Part shown: in pieces, positions 19,807 to 29,106 of the stretch | Layout: the number at the start of each line of letters is the position of its first letter | Position numbering within the stretch: the stretch's first letter is position 1 | NCBI GenBank assembly: GCA_051439605.1 | Contig: JBFRWN010000032.1 | Coordinates: forward strand, 64,001-128,000 | Direction: 5' to 3' | DNA from: Synechococcus sp. | GTDB lineage: Bacteria > Cyanobacteriota > Cyanobacteriia > Thermostichales > PCC-7336 | Length of the DNA stretch: 64,000 nt | Made by a program: the position numbers and the translations under genes | The notes under the pieces: generated by a model | What the model was told of the DNA's origin: nothing | The model's database searches: none | The model's input: only the letters and a program-made list of their open reading frames with translations

Positions 19807-19948
19807 GCTCCATAGGGTTGCCAAGAAACAATTCATGATGGCTTTCTTGCATCATTTCTTTTAGGTTATAAAAACTAGCCAGAGGATGGGACCAACTTGT
19901 TCTTTTGCGCTTATTTCGTTCAGCAAAGTCAAAAGCTATCCGGATTTT

Positions 19949-21265
19949 TCATTCATCCAGCCAACATTCCTCATCGATCAATAAACTGAGCTGCTCATGC
20001 TCGGGAATCCATGCGGTTTCTTCTTCTACCCAATTGCCCCAGTTAGAAAGGGTGTCTATTGCCAGTTGGCGAGCAGCTTGCAGCATATCTTGCCTCAATC
20101 CACTCAGGTCCTCGCGAACCTGCAGGTAATGTTCTAGGGCCTCGATAGGGCTGAGGTCGGGGGCTGCCAAGCTGGGTAGACGGGTGCGACTGGGGGTGAT
20201 GACTTCTGGGCTGATGGAATAGTTGGATGCTGAGGTGAGTAAGTCGTGCAATTGTCGATCGCTAATTTCGTCTACACGGTCGGAGCGAATACGATAAATT
20301 AGTCGCACGACAGCATCGGCAATCTCTTGGCTGGCGATCGCCTGCTGTAGGATGCGCATGGGTGAATCTTCTAAGTTCGCTTGGGTTAAGTCCACCCGAA
20401 TAGTGCAAAAGCGACGGACATTGAGGGGAATAAATTCGTAATCGGTTCCCTCGGCAGTAACCTCCGCTAATATAAATCCCTTTTCCTCTTGTTCTTCGCC
20501 AAAATCCACCCGCTCGATGCTGCCAGGATAGATGACAGGAGGATTGTCGCAGAGTACTTGATGGCAGTGAATGTGGCCGAGTGCGACGTACTGGTAGGCC
20601 GGACGAGCCACTAACTGCAGAGGAACGGTAAAGCCTTTGCCCACCGCTAGGTGGCGCTCGGCTCCGAATCGAGCCCGATCGATTGTGGTGTGGGCCAGCA
20701 GGATGGCTGGGATAGCAGGATCTAGATTGCGGGTTTCAGCTTCGAGAGCAACGTCCAGCTTTTTAAGCAGATTTTGAGCGAGGGCAATTGAGGACATTCC
20801 CTCTGTTTCAGGACGGGTGAGCAACGCAGAGCGGTTGAGCCAGGGAAGAGTCGTCACCTGAATAGGGCCATTTTGGGTCTCCACTTTGAGGGTGCGAAGG
20901 CGATCGCCAACGAAAAAGCCCGGTACCGAGAGGGTGCGGTAGATGCTGAGGCTGTTGCCTTCCAGCCCTTGAGCCTGCTGATCGTGATTGCCCACCAGCA
21001 ACACGGTAGGGATCTTTGCGGCGGCAAGGCGACTAAATTGGGTCGCAAAAGCTTCTTGGTGAAGCGGAGGAGGCGTGGCATCAGGAAAGGCGTCGCCACC
21101 AAATAGAACTAGGTCAACGGGTTCTGCAATGGCGCGATCGATGCAGCAACTGAGGCTGGCAGTGAAATCTTCGAAGCGGGTGTTGAGTCCAGTTTGGGGG
21201 TTAATACAACCGTGCTTGAGACCGCTGCCGAGATGAATATCAGATAGATGCAGAATCTTGACCAT
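19949..21265 (-). CDS. sbcD: SbcCD nuclease subunit D
   Basis: Metallophosphoesterase motifs HLSDIHLG, GGD.F, VGNHD, ALGHIH, YPGSIERVDFGE. Confidence 0.92.
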   Translation of the reverse strand: MVKILHLSDIHLGSGLKHGCINPQTGLNTRFEDFTASLSCCIDRAIAEPVDLVLFGGDAFPDATPPPLHQEAFATQFSRLAAAKIPTVLLVGNHDQQAQGLEGNSLSIYRTLSVPGFFVGDRLRTLKVETQNGPIQVTTLPWLNRSALLTRPETEGMSSIALAQNLLKKLDVALEAETRNLDPAIPAILLAHTTIDRARFGAERHLAVGKGFTVPLQLVARPAYQYVALGHIHCHQVLCDNPPVIYPGSIERVDFGEEQEEKGFILAEVTAEGTDYEFIPLNVRRFCTIRVDLTQANLEDSPMRILQQAIASQEIADAVVRLIYRIRSDRVDEISDRQLHDLLTSASNYSISPEVITPSRTRLPSLAAPDLSPIEALEHYLQVREDLSGLRQDMLQAARQLAIDTLSNWGNWVEEETAWIPEHEQLSLLIDEECWLDE

Positions 21266-21471
21266 GATGAGGAAACGGAACGGGCAAATGCGATGGATGG
21301 GGCCATTGAATCAAAATTCGCCTGCCACAAGTCGCTCCCTTCCCGTGGGAACCATGCTTCAGTTTTGCGATTGCTTAGCTTGCGCGATCGTCATCTGCAG
21401 TCCATATCTCTCTTTCTCGCTTGCATCCCCCCTCTACACTGTCTGGCAAAGGTTTGAGTGCTGGGAAATGT

Positions 21472-21701
21472 TTGCCCATACTGGCTAGTTGGCTGTGGAT
21501 TTTATTGGGGGGCTGCTGGCCGGACAACTTGCTCGTCGATCGGGGGTACCCCCTTTGTTGGGGGCGTTTGTGGCTGGACTGCTACTGGCTTGGGGAGAGG
21601 GGATTTCTCCCGATGTGATGGAATGGACCAGGCGGATACCCTGCGCAACGGGTTTAACGTCCTGTCAGAATAGAGTTATGAGCGCTGATTGCGAGGGTTG
21701 A
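21472..21701 (+). pseudogene. Degraded 5' fragment of a cation:proton antiporter-like gene
   Basis: LPILASWLWILL(G), then a frameshift in the G6 run at 21507-21512, continuing GLLAGQLARRSGVPPLLGAFVAGLLL...ISPDV. Resembles a CPA antiporter N-terminus and ends within ~230 nt. Confidence 0.45.
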
Positions 21702-21784
21702 GGAATGGTTTCGCTCAACTGTGGATTTTTGAGAGAATTTGCTCGCACCCACCACTTCAATAATTTTTTTAGGAGAGCGATCGC

Positions 21785-22288
21785 GTGCTACCCTCCAACG
21801 GCCAGCCCCACAAGTTCCTGACTCAAGACCTGCTCGATTCGGTGACATCCGAAGCTATCAAGAGCTCAAGACTGCGCAAAAACTATAACTTTCATCAGCT
21901 GGATGAGCCGGTGCAACGGATGCTCAACGTCATGCAGCCGGGTACCTACGTTCGCCCCCACCGCCATGTACGTCCCGAAACCGCGAATGGCTTCGAATTT
22001 TTCTTGGTGTTGCAAGGGAAGGTGGGGATCTTGACATTTAACGAGCAGGGCATCATTCAGGACCGGCTTACCCTTTCGGCAGCAGGCCCTACCTACGGCA
22101 TTGAACTGCAGGAAGGGGAATATCATTCGCTGGTATCGTTGGCCCCCAACACCGTTATTTTCGAACTCAAAGAAGGCCCATACAATGCTGCCACTGACAA
22201 AGATTTCCTGCAGATGTTTCCCCCGGAGGGCACTGCATCCGCAATGGAACTTGCAAGCACAACCTGGCCCCGCGAATTTGCTGATTAG
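21785..22288 (+). CDS. WbuC-family cupin-fold metalloprotein
   Basis: S.RLRKNYNFH, VQRMLN.MQPGTYVRPHRH, YHSLV, FELKEGPY. Confidence 0.85.
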   Translation: MLPSNGQPHKFLTQDLLDSVTSEAIKSSRLRKNYNFHQLDEPVQRMLNVMQPGTYVRPHRHVRPETANGFEFFLVLQGKVGILTFNEQGIIQDRLTLSAAGPTYGIELQEGEYHSLVSLAPNTVIFELKEGPYNAATDKDFLQMFPPEGTASAMELASTTWPREFAD

Positions 22289-22433
22289 TATCCCTCTTTG
22301 GGATCGCTTGATTTGTCCCCGGAACATTTTTAGAGTGATACGGCGTGGAAATCCCCTGCACGCTTTTTATGCTGCGAGATTTTTTCACTCTTAGCCGTTT
22401 CAATCCCTCTTGCGAGATAGCGCATCGATACCG

Positions 22434-23417
22434 ATGGAAGAACAACTAGCCACACTGAAACAAGAACTCACCACCGTGCTATCTCAGGCGCAAACGTTGG
22501 AGGAGTTGGAAAAAGTCCGCATCGACTTCCTGGGCAAAAAAGGCAAGCTATCCAAGATTTTGGCCTCCATGGGCAAGTTATCTGCGGAAGAGCGACCCCG
22601 GATGGGTGCCTTAGCTAACGAAGTCAAAACCCAGCTGCAAACGAATCTTGAAGAGCGCAAGACCGCTCTGGAAGATGCAGCGTTAGAGGCTCAAATTGCT
22701 GCAGAGACTTTGGATGTCACGATGCCCGGTCCCTACATTCCCATCGGACGAGTGCATCCTCTGCAGTCCACGATCGATCGCATCCTCGATATTTTTGTGG
22801 CCATGGGCTACACCGTTGTCCACGGCCCCGAGATCGAGACGGAATACTACAACTTCGAAGCCCTCAACACCCCTGAAGACCATCCTGCCCGCGATATGCA
22901 GGACACCCTCTATCTAGAGGATGGTTACCTACTGCGCACCCAAACCTCTTCGGTCCAGGTGCGCTATATGGAGGAGCACACCCCCCCCTTCAAGATTATT
23001 CACGCGGGGCGAGTGGTACGCCGCGACACCGTTGATGCTACCCACTCGCCGGTATTCCACCAAATTGAAATTTTGGCTGTCAGCGAAGATGGCCTCACGT
23101 TTGCCGATCTTAAGGGCACCCTGAATACCTTCATCACCAAGCTGTTAGGGGAGCGGGAAACCCGCTTCCGCCCCAGCTACTTCCCCTTCACCGAACCGTC
23201 AGCAGAGATGGACGTGAAATTTGGCGATCGCTGGTTGGAAATTTTCGGTTGCGGCATGGTGGATCCCAATGTGTTTAAGTTCGTTGGTTACGACCCTGAA
23301 AATGTCACTGGATTTGCGGCTGGTTTTGGTGTCGAGCGATTGGCTATGGTGCTGCATGAAATTGACGACATCCGCAATTTCTATAACAGCGACCTGCGTT
23401 TCTTGAAGCAGTTTTAG
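22434..23417 (+). CDS. pheS: Phenylalanine-tRNA ligase alpha subunit
   Basis: [50 protein letters not shown] 22434 preferred over TTG 22410. Confidence 0.97.
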   Translation: MEEQLATLKQELTTVLSQAQTLEELEKVRIDFLGKKGKLSKILASMGKLSAEERPRMGALANEVKTQLQTNLEERKTALEDAALEAQIAAETLDVTMPGPYIPIGRVHPLQSTIDRILDIFVAMGYTVVHGPEIETEYYNFEALNTPEDHPARDMQDTLYLEDGYLLRTQTSSVQVRYMEEHTPPFKIIHAGRVVRRDTVDATHSPVFHQIEILAVSEDGLTFADLKGTLNTFITKLLGERETRFRPSYFPFTEPSAEMDVKFGDRWLEIFGCGMVDPNVFKFVGYDPENVTGFAAGFGVERLAMVLHEIDDIRNFYNSDLRFLKQF

Positions 23418-23500
23418 TGGCTGTATTTCAATAACCCACACGTGACTTTCGCCCCGTCCCGATCTACACTGCCTGCGGCCATCTGGAAGGGTAGCGAGAC

Positions 23501-24220
23501 ATGAGAGCCACCATCGTGGGTGCGGGACGTATCGGTACGGCATTGTCCCAAATGGGGGATGCAATCGTCGTGCGCCGGGGGGAGCCAATTCCCTCTGAGG
23601 AAGGCCCGATTTATGTCTGTGCTCGCAATGACGACCTAGAAGCCGTTTTAGGGGCTACGTTGCCGCAGCATCGGAAGGATTTGGTGTTTTTACAAAACGG
23701 CATGTTGCAGTCTTGGCTGGAAAAACATGGACTGCAGGACAACACCCAGGCATTGATTTATTTTGCGGTGCAGAAGCTGGGGGATAAGCCGGTGGACGGG
23801 GGCGGTTCTGTGGTGTGCGGGCCTTGGGCAGAGACGTTTGCTCAGATGTTGCAGTCCGCGGGGATTGAATGCACGGTGGTGGATCGCCCCACCTACCAAC
23901 GGCAGATGGTGGAAAAACTGCTGTGGAATTGCATTTTTGGTCTACTCTCCCAACGGCATGCAACCACGGTTGGGGATGTGGTCGATCGCTTTAGCAGCGA
24001 GGTCGATACGTTGGTTAGTGAATTGGTTCCGCTAGCAGAGAAGGAATTGAACATTCAGCTAGAACCCGGCGTATGCCAGCGCCTCTGTGACTATTCCAAA
24101 TCCGTTGCCGATTACCGGGGCGCAGTCAAAGAATTGCCCTGGCGCAACGGCTGGTTCCTCAACATCCAAAAGACCCCCAAGCACGTGCAGTGGCTGCAAG
24201 AAGTTGGAGTTGACATCTAG
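23501..24220 (+). CDS. Ketopantoate-reductase-like Rossmann-fold protein
   Basis: IVGAGRIG dinucleotide-binding motif, LVFLQNGM, EKLLWNC (ApbA-like QNG and KL..N). Confidence 0.65.
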   Translation: MRATIVGAGRIGTALSQMGDAIVVRRGEPIPSEEGPIYVCARNDDLEAVLGATLPQHRKDLVFLQNGMLQSWLEKHGLQDNTQALIYFAVQKLGDKPVDGGGSVVCGPWAETFAQMLQSAGIECTVVDRPTYQRQMVEKLLWNCIFGLLSQRHATTVGDVVDRFSSEVDTLVSELVPLAEKELNIQLEPGVCQRLCDYSKSVADYRGAVKELPWRNGWFLNIQKTPKHVQWLQEVGVDI

Positions 24221-24265
24221 TAGTAGGCTGGAAAGCCGAAACCTGTGGACGAGGAGAACTGAACA

Positions 24266-24745
24266 GTGACGTTAGAACCGGGGACATTAAATATTGGCGA
24301 TCGCGCCCCCGACTTTACCCTGAAAGACGGAGAAGACAACGAGGTTAGCTTGAGTGACCTCAAAGGCAAAACTGTAGTTCTGTATTTCTATCCCCGCGAC
24401 AACACCCCTGGCTGCACCAAAGAAGCCTGCAACTTTCGGGATAATTACTCCAACTATGAAGCAGAAGACATCGCTGTTTTTGGAATCAGCACTGATTCCG
24501 TCAAGTCCCACAAAAAATTTGCCGATAAATACGATTTACCCTTCCCGCTACTGTCGGATGAAGATACCAACGTCTCCACCGCCTACGGCGTCTACGGCCT
24601 CAAAAAGTTCATGGGCAAAGAATACATGGGCATCAAACGCACCACATTCGTCATTGCCCCAGACGGAACCATCGCCAATATTTATAAAAAGGTAAAAACC
24701 GCTACCCATGCAGAGGATATCCTACCCGACTTAATCAATCGTTAG
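24266..24745 (+). CDS. bcp: Peroxiredoxin Q / BCP
   Basis: VLYFYPRDNTPGCTKEACNFRD. Confidence 0.93.
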   Translation: MTLEPGTLNIGDRAPDFTLKDGEDNEVSLSDLKGKTVVLYFYPRDNTPGCTKEACNFRDNYSNYEAEDIAVFGISTDSVKSHKKFADKYDLPFPLLSDEDTNVSTAYGVYGLKKFMGKEYMGIKRTTFVIAPDGTIANIYKKVKTATHAEDILPDLINR

Positions 24746-24946
24746 GTTTAGGTAGAAACTCCTTAAAAAATGTAATCTAGCCCCGCAGTCCGCCGTTTGC
24801 ATGTGTTTAGCTGAAGACTGCATGAAGCCTGCGGAGTTGAAAAGCCCAAAGACTACAATAGTTTGCGGATTGTGTAAGCTAACGGCGCGCACGATTCAGT
24901 CAGTCCAGAGCACTTCAGCTCAAACCGCTTTCTAACCAGGAACCCT

Positions 24947-27076
24947 ATGGAACTCGCCTATCAATATGTGTGGCTGATTCCCCTCTACCCGCTAATTTCA
25001 GCGTTTGTAGTCGGAGTAGCCATCCTGACCGCCAATAGCTGGATTCGTTCGATCCGCAAGATTGCATCCGGCTTCTGCGTCTTTTCCATCGGCACCGCGA
25101 TGGTTCATTCCTTTTCCATCTTGATTGACCAAATCAAGGGTGGAGAAGCGTTTCGCCAAACCTTCACCTGGGGTCAAGCCGGAGACTTTGTTCTGCGCAT
25201 GGGATTCGGTGTGGATCACCTCGCAGCCATGATGCTGGTGGTTGTTTCCACGGTGGCCTTTTTGGTCATGGTGTACACCGACGGCTACATGGAACATGAC
25301 GATGGCTACGTGCGTTTCTATTCCTACCTCAGCCTGTTTAGTTTCTCGATGCTGGGGCTGGTACTCAGCCCGAACCTATTACAGGTTTACGTGTTCTGGG
25401 AATTGGTGGGGGTTTGCTCCTACCTGCTGATTGGCTTCTGGTACGACCGTCCGTCTGCAGCGGAAGCTGCCCAGAAGGCCTTTGTCACCAACCGAGTGGG
25501 AGACTTCGGCCTACTGCTCGGTATGTTGGGTCTTTACTGGGTGACTCGTACCTTCGATTTTGAAGCGATGGGACGTGCAGTCGAGACAGCAGTCCAGTCT
25601 GGAACCGTCAGCGTTGGCTTAATTACTCTGTTCTCTATCTTGGTATTCCTCGGCCCTATGGCTAAGTCCGCGCAGTTCCCACTGCACGTTTGGCTGCCGG
25701 ATGCGATGGAAGGTCCAACACCCATTTCAGCTCTCATTCACGCTGCCACAATGGTCGCGGCGGGTGTGTTTTTGGTTGCACGCATGTTCCCCGTGTTTGA
25801 AGGGGTGTCCGTTACCATGCAGACCATTGCATGGATTGGTGCTGCCACTGCATTCTTGGGAGCCAGTATTGCAATCACCCAAAACGACATCAAGAAAGGG
25901 TTAGCTTACTCAACTATCTCCCAGTTGGGCTACATGATCATGGCGATGGGGGTAGGAGCCTATGGTGCAGGCCTATTTCACCTGATGACCCACGCCTACT
26001 TCAAGGCCATGTTGTTTCTCTGCTCTGGTTCTGTGATTCATGGGATGGAAGGGGTTGTAGGACACAATCCGGCGATCGCCCAAGATATGCGCGTCATGGG
26101 GGGCTTGCGCAAGTACATGCCGATTACAGGCACCACGTTCTTGATTGGCACCCTGGCCATCTGCGGGATTCCTCCGTTTGCGGGCTTCTGGTCCAAAGAC
26201 GAAATCCTAGGCTCCACCTTTGCCGTTAACCCCGCCCTGTGGGCAATTGGGTTTGCTACGGCGGGCATCACCGCGTTCTACATGTTCCGCATGTATTTCC
26301 TTACCTTTGAAGGGGACTTTCGCGGTAACGATGAGGAACTTTGCGCCCAAGTCATGGTGAGCGATGGTCAGCCGGTACCGGCCTACAGCCCTGCCTTCGG
26401 CAGCTTCAGCGCTTTTGAGGCTGCTGCTAGCAGCCATCATGACTCCCATACTCATGACTCGCATGATGGCGAGCACGAGCATGCCCACGAGCCCCACGAA
26501 TCCCCCTGGACCATGACCCTGCCGCTGGCAACGCTAGCGGTGCCTTCAGTCATGATTGGACTGTTGGGAACGCCCTTTGCCAACTTCTTTGAAGGGTTTA
26601 TTTATCCCCCTAGTGAAGTCGTTGAAGGAACAGCCATCGCCTTCGGACTCGAAGAATACGCCCATTTTGTCACTGGCGAGTTTGAGTGGTCAGAGTTTCT
26701 GCTCATGGGCGGTAGCTCTGTAGGCATCGGCCTGATAGGGATTACGCTTGCCGTGCTGATGTACGGCAAGCGCAGCATCGACCCTGCCGCCATCGCTGCC
26801 AAGATCCGCAGCTTCTACTTCTTCTCACTCAACAAGTGGTACATCGACGAGCTGTATCACAACGTGTTTGTGAAAGGGACCCGCTTTGCGGCCCGAGAGG
26901 CTTTGGAGGTGGATCAGCGTATTGTCGATGGTGTAGTCAACTTCACCGGGCTTGTTACCATGCTCTCTGGCGAAAGCCTGAAGTATTTTGAGAGCGGTAA
27001 AGCCCAGTTCTATGCCCTAGTAGTGTTTGCCTCAGCGATTGTCATCGTTGTGGCCTCCGGTAGTGGCCTATTCTAG
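24947..27076 (+). CDS. ndhF1: NAD(P)H-quinone oxidoreductase subunit 5 (NdhF1)
   Basis: WELVG.CSYLLIGFW, NRVGD, AKSAQFPLHVWLPDAMEGPTPISALIHAATM; His-rich loop before PHES. Confidence 0.93.
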   Translation: MELAYQYVWLIPLYPLISAFVVGVAILTANSWIRSIRKIASGFCVFSIGTAMVHSFSILIDQIKGGEAFRQTFTWGQAGDFVLRMGFGVDHLAAMMLVVVSTVAFLVMVYTDGYMEHDDGYVRFYSYLSLFSFSMLGLVLSPNLLQVYVFWELVGVCSYLLIGFWYDRPSAAEAAQKAFVTNRVGDFGLLLGMLGLYWVTRTFDFEAMGRAVETAVQSGTVSVGLITLFSILVFLGPMAKSAQFPLHVWLPDAMEGPTPISALIHAATMVAAGVFLVARMFPVFEGVSVTMQTIAWIGAATAFLGASIAITQNDIKKGLAYSTISQLGYMIMAMGVGAYGAGLFHLMTHAYFKAMLFLCSGSVIHGMEGVVGHNPAIAQDMRVMGGLRKYMPITGTTFLIGTLAICGIPPFAGFWSKDEILGSTFAVNPALWAIGFATAGITAFYMFRMYFLTFEGDFRGNDEELCAQVMVSDGQPVPAYSPAFGSFSAFEAAASSHHDSHTHDSHDGEHEHAHEPHESPWTMTLPLATLAVPSVMIGLLGTPFANFFEGFIYPPSEVVEGTAIAFGLEEYAHFVTGEFEWSEFLLMGGSSVGIGLIGITLAVLMYGKRSIDPAAIAAKIRSFYFFSLNKWYIDELYHNVFVKGTRFAAREALEVDQRIVDGVVNFTGLVTMLSGESLKYFESGKAQFYALVVFASAIVIVVASGSGLF

Positions 27077-27189
27077 CGACCCCTAGAGCTCTTGTTGCTC
27101 TAGCGATCGCTGCCAAAAAGAGTCTCACCACCAGAGAGTGCTCAGTATTTCCCTAGTGTTATTGGACGTTTGAATACTCGGAGCGCGTA

Positions 27190-28803
27190 ATGGAGTTTCC
27201 CATTCCCCTAAACGAGTTTCCCTGGCTCACCACCATCATCCTATTTCCGGTGGTGGCAGCCTTGGCAATTCCTTTTATTCCGGACAAGACGGGCAAAGGT
27301 CGCCCCATCCGCTGGTATGCCCTGGTAATTGGCCTGATCGATTTGATGATGGTGGTGGTTGGCTTCTACAGCAGCTACGACCTTGGTGCTGCGGGCATGC
27401 AAATGTCAGAACACTACGATTGGGTCCCTCAAGTAGGCCTCAGTTGGTCGGTGGGGGCTGACGGCGTTTCAATGCCTTTGATCCTGCTAACTGCTTTTAT
27501 TACCACCCTGGCAATCTTGGCCGCTTGGCCTGTAACATTTAAGCCCCGGCTATTCTACTGCCTGATTCTGTTCATGTACGGCGCTCAAATTGGTGTGTTT
27601 GCCGTACAGGATATGATCCTTTTCTTCTTGATGTGGGAGCTGGAGCTGATCCCCGTTTATTTGCTCCTGTCCATTTGGGGTGGCAAGAAGCGTCTCTATG
27701 CAGCAACCAAGTTTATTCTCTACACTGCGGGGGGCTCTCTGTTCATTTTGGTGGCAGCCTTGGCAATGGCCTTCTATGGAGGCACCACCACGTTTGATAT
27801 GACAGAGCTGGCTAATAAATCCTATCCGCTGCAGTTACAACTCTTGCTGTATGGTGCCTTCTTAATTGCCTACGGAGTCAAACTACCCATCTTCCCTTTG
27901 CACACTTGGCTGCCTGATGCCCACGGTGAAGCGACTGCCCCCGTGCATATGTTGTTGGCAGGAATTTTGCTCAAGATGGGTGGTTATGCTCTGATGCGCA
28001 TGAACGTTGGCATGTTGCCTGAAGCGCACGTGTATTTTGCTCCTATCTTGATTGTACTGGGGGTAATTAACATTATTTATGCAGCCCTGACATCCTTTGC
28101 CCAGCGCAATCTCAAGCGCAAGATCGCCTACTCTTCCATTAGCCACATGGGATTCGTTCTCATTGGTATAGGATGCTTGACCGAAATCGGGATGAGCGGT
28201 GCCATGCTCCAAATGATCTCCCACGGATTGATTGGTGCCAGCCTCTTCTTCTTGGTAGGAGCAACCTACGATCGCACCCACACGCTGCAACTGGAGGAGA
28301 TGGGTGGAGTGGGTCAAAAGATGCCGCGCATTTTCTCGATGTTCACCGTCTGCTCGATGGCATCTCTGGCATTGCCTGGGATGAGTGGATTTGTGGCAGA
28401 GGTGATGGTCTTCTTAGGATTAGCCACAACCAAGGCCTTTACCCCTGGTTTCACGACGGCCATGGTGATTTTGGCGGCGATCGGCATCATCCTGACACCG
28501 ATTTATTTGTTGTCTATGTTGCGTCAGATTTTCTTTGGTCCCGAAAACCAGGAGCTGGTGTCTCAGGAAGAGCTCGTGGATGCAGAGCCCCGCGAAGTCT
28601 TCATTATTGCCTGCCTATTGATCCCCATCGTTGGTTTGGGCATTTACCCTAAGATGATGACTCAGGTCTACGACATCAAAACGAATGCATTGGTCGCAGC
28701 TTTGCAGGAATCTGTAGAGTCAAATACTGCCACTGCTGCATCATTAATTGATGGTCAACCGGCTTTGTCTTCCGCTAACGTGCTCAATGCACCAACTCTG
28801 TAA
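27190..28803 (+). CDS. ndhD1: NAD(P)H-quinone oxidoreductase subunit 4 (NdhD1)
   Basis: [43 protein letters not shown]; directly follows ndhF1. Confidence 0.92.
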   Translation: MEFPIPLNEFPWLTTIILFPVVAALAIPFIPDKTGKGRPIRWYALVIGLIDLMMVVVGFYSSYDLGAAGMQMSEHYDWVPQVGLSWSVGADGVSMPLILLTAFITTLAILAAWPVTFKPRLFYCLILFMYGAQIGVFAVQDMILFFLMWELELIPVYLLLSIWGGKKRLYAATKFILYTAGGSLFILVAALAMAFYGGTTTFDMTELANKSYPLQLQLLLYGAFLIAYGVKLPIFPLHTWLPDAHGEATAPVHMLLAGILLKMGGYALMRMNVGMLPEAHVYFAPILIVLGVINIIYAALTSFAQRNLKRKIAYSSISHMGFVLIGIGCLTEIGMSGAMLQMISHGLIGASLFFLVGATYDRTHTLQLEEMGGVGQKMPRIFSMFTVCSMASLALPGMSGFVAEVMVFLGLATTKAFTPGFTTAMVILAAIGIILTPIYLLSMLRQIFFGPENQELVSQEELVDAEPREVFIIACLLIPIVGLGIYPKMMTQVYDIKTNALVAALQESVESNTATAASLIDGQPALSSANVLNAPTL

Positions 28804-28931
28804 AGGGATTGCCTCAGTTTCTGGGTGTTAGTCCTGCAAAATTGAGTGTACATACCTCGACTGATTGAGTCGACTAAACGCTCGCCATAACTGGCAAATC
28901 TCGATTCATTGAGTGATTGAAACTTACAATC

Positions 28932-28966
28932 CAAAACCGCCAGTAGGATTAACACTGGCGGTTTTG
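28932..28966. terminator. Probable bidirectional intrinsic terminator
   Basis: CAAAACCGCCAGT-N9-ACTGGCGGTTTTG, a perfect 13-bp stem between convergent genes. Confidence 0.75.
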
Positions 28967-29106
28967 TTATGTCTATTTAATAGACGATTAATGGATTGGC
29001 AAAGCCGCAATTCAACGACAACTCTCGGACTCTTGAGGATGGCGGGCACTATCACATAGCAGCATTCCCCCCCCTCACATAGTGCAGTCTCGAGCTGCTG
29101 CTTGGT

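Noticed and set aside
26420..26500. His-rich stretch in NdhF1 as a novel metal-binding insert
   Set aside because: A variable His-rich loop at this position is common in NdhF/NuoL proteins.
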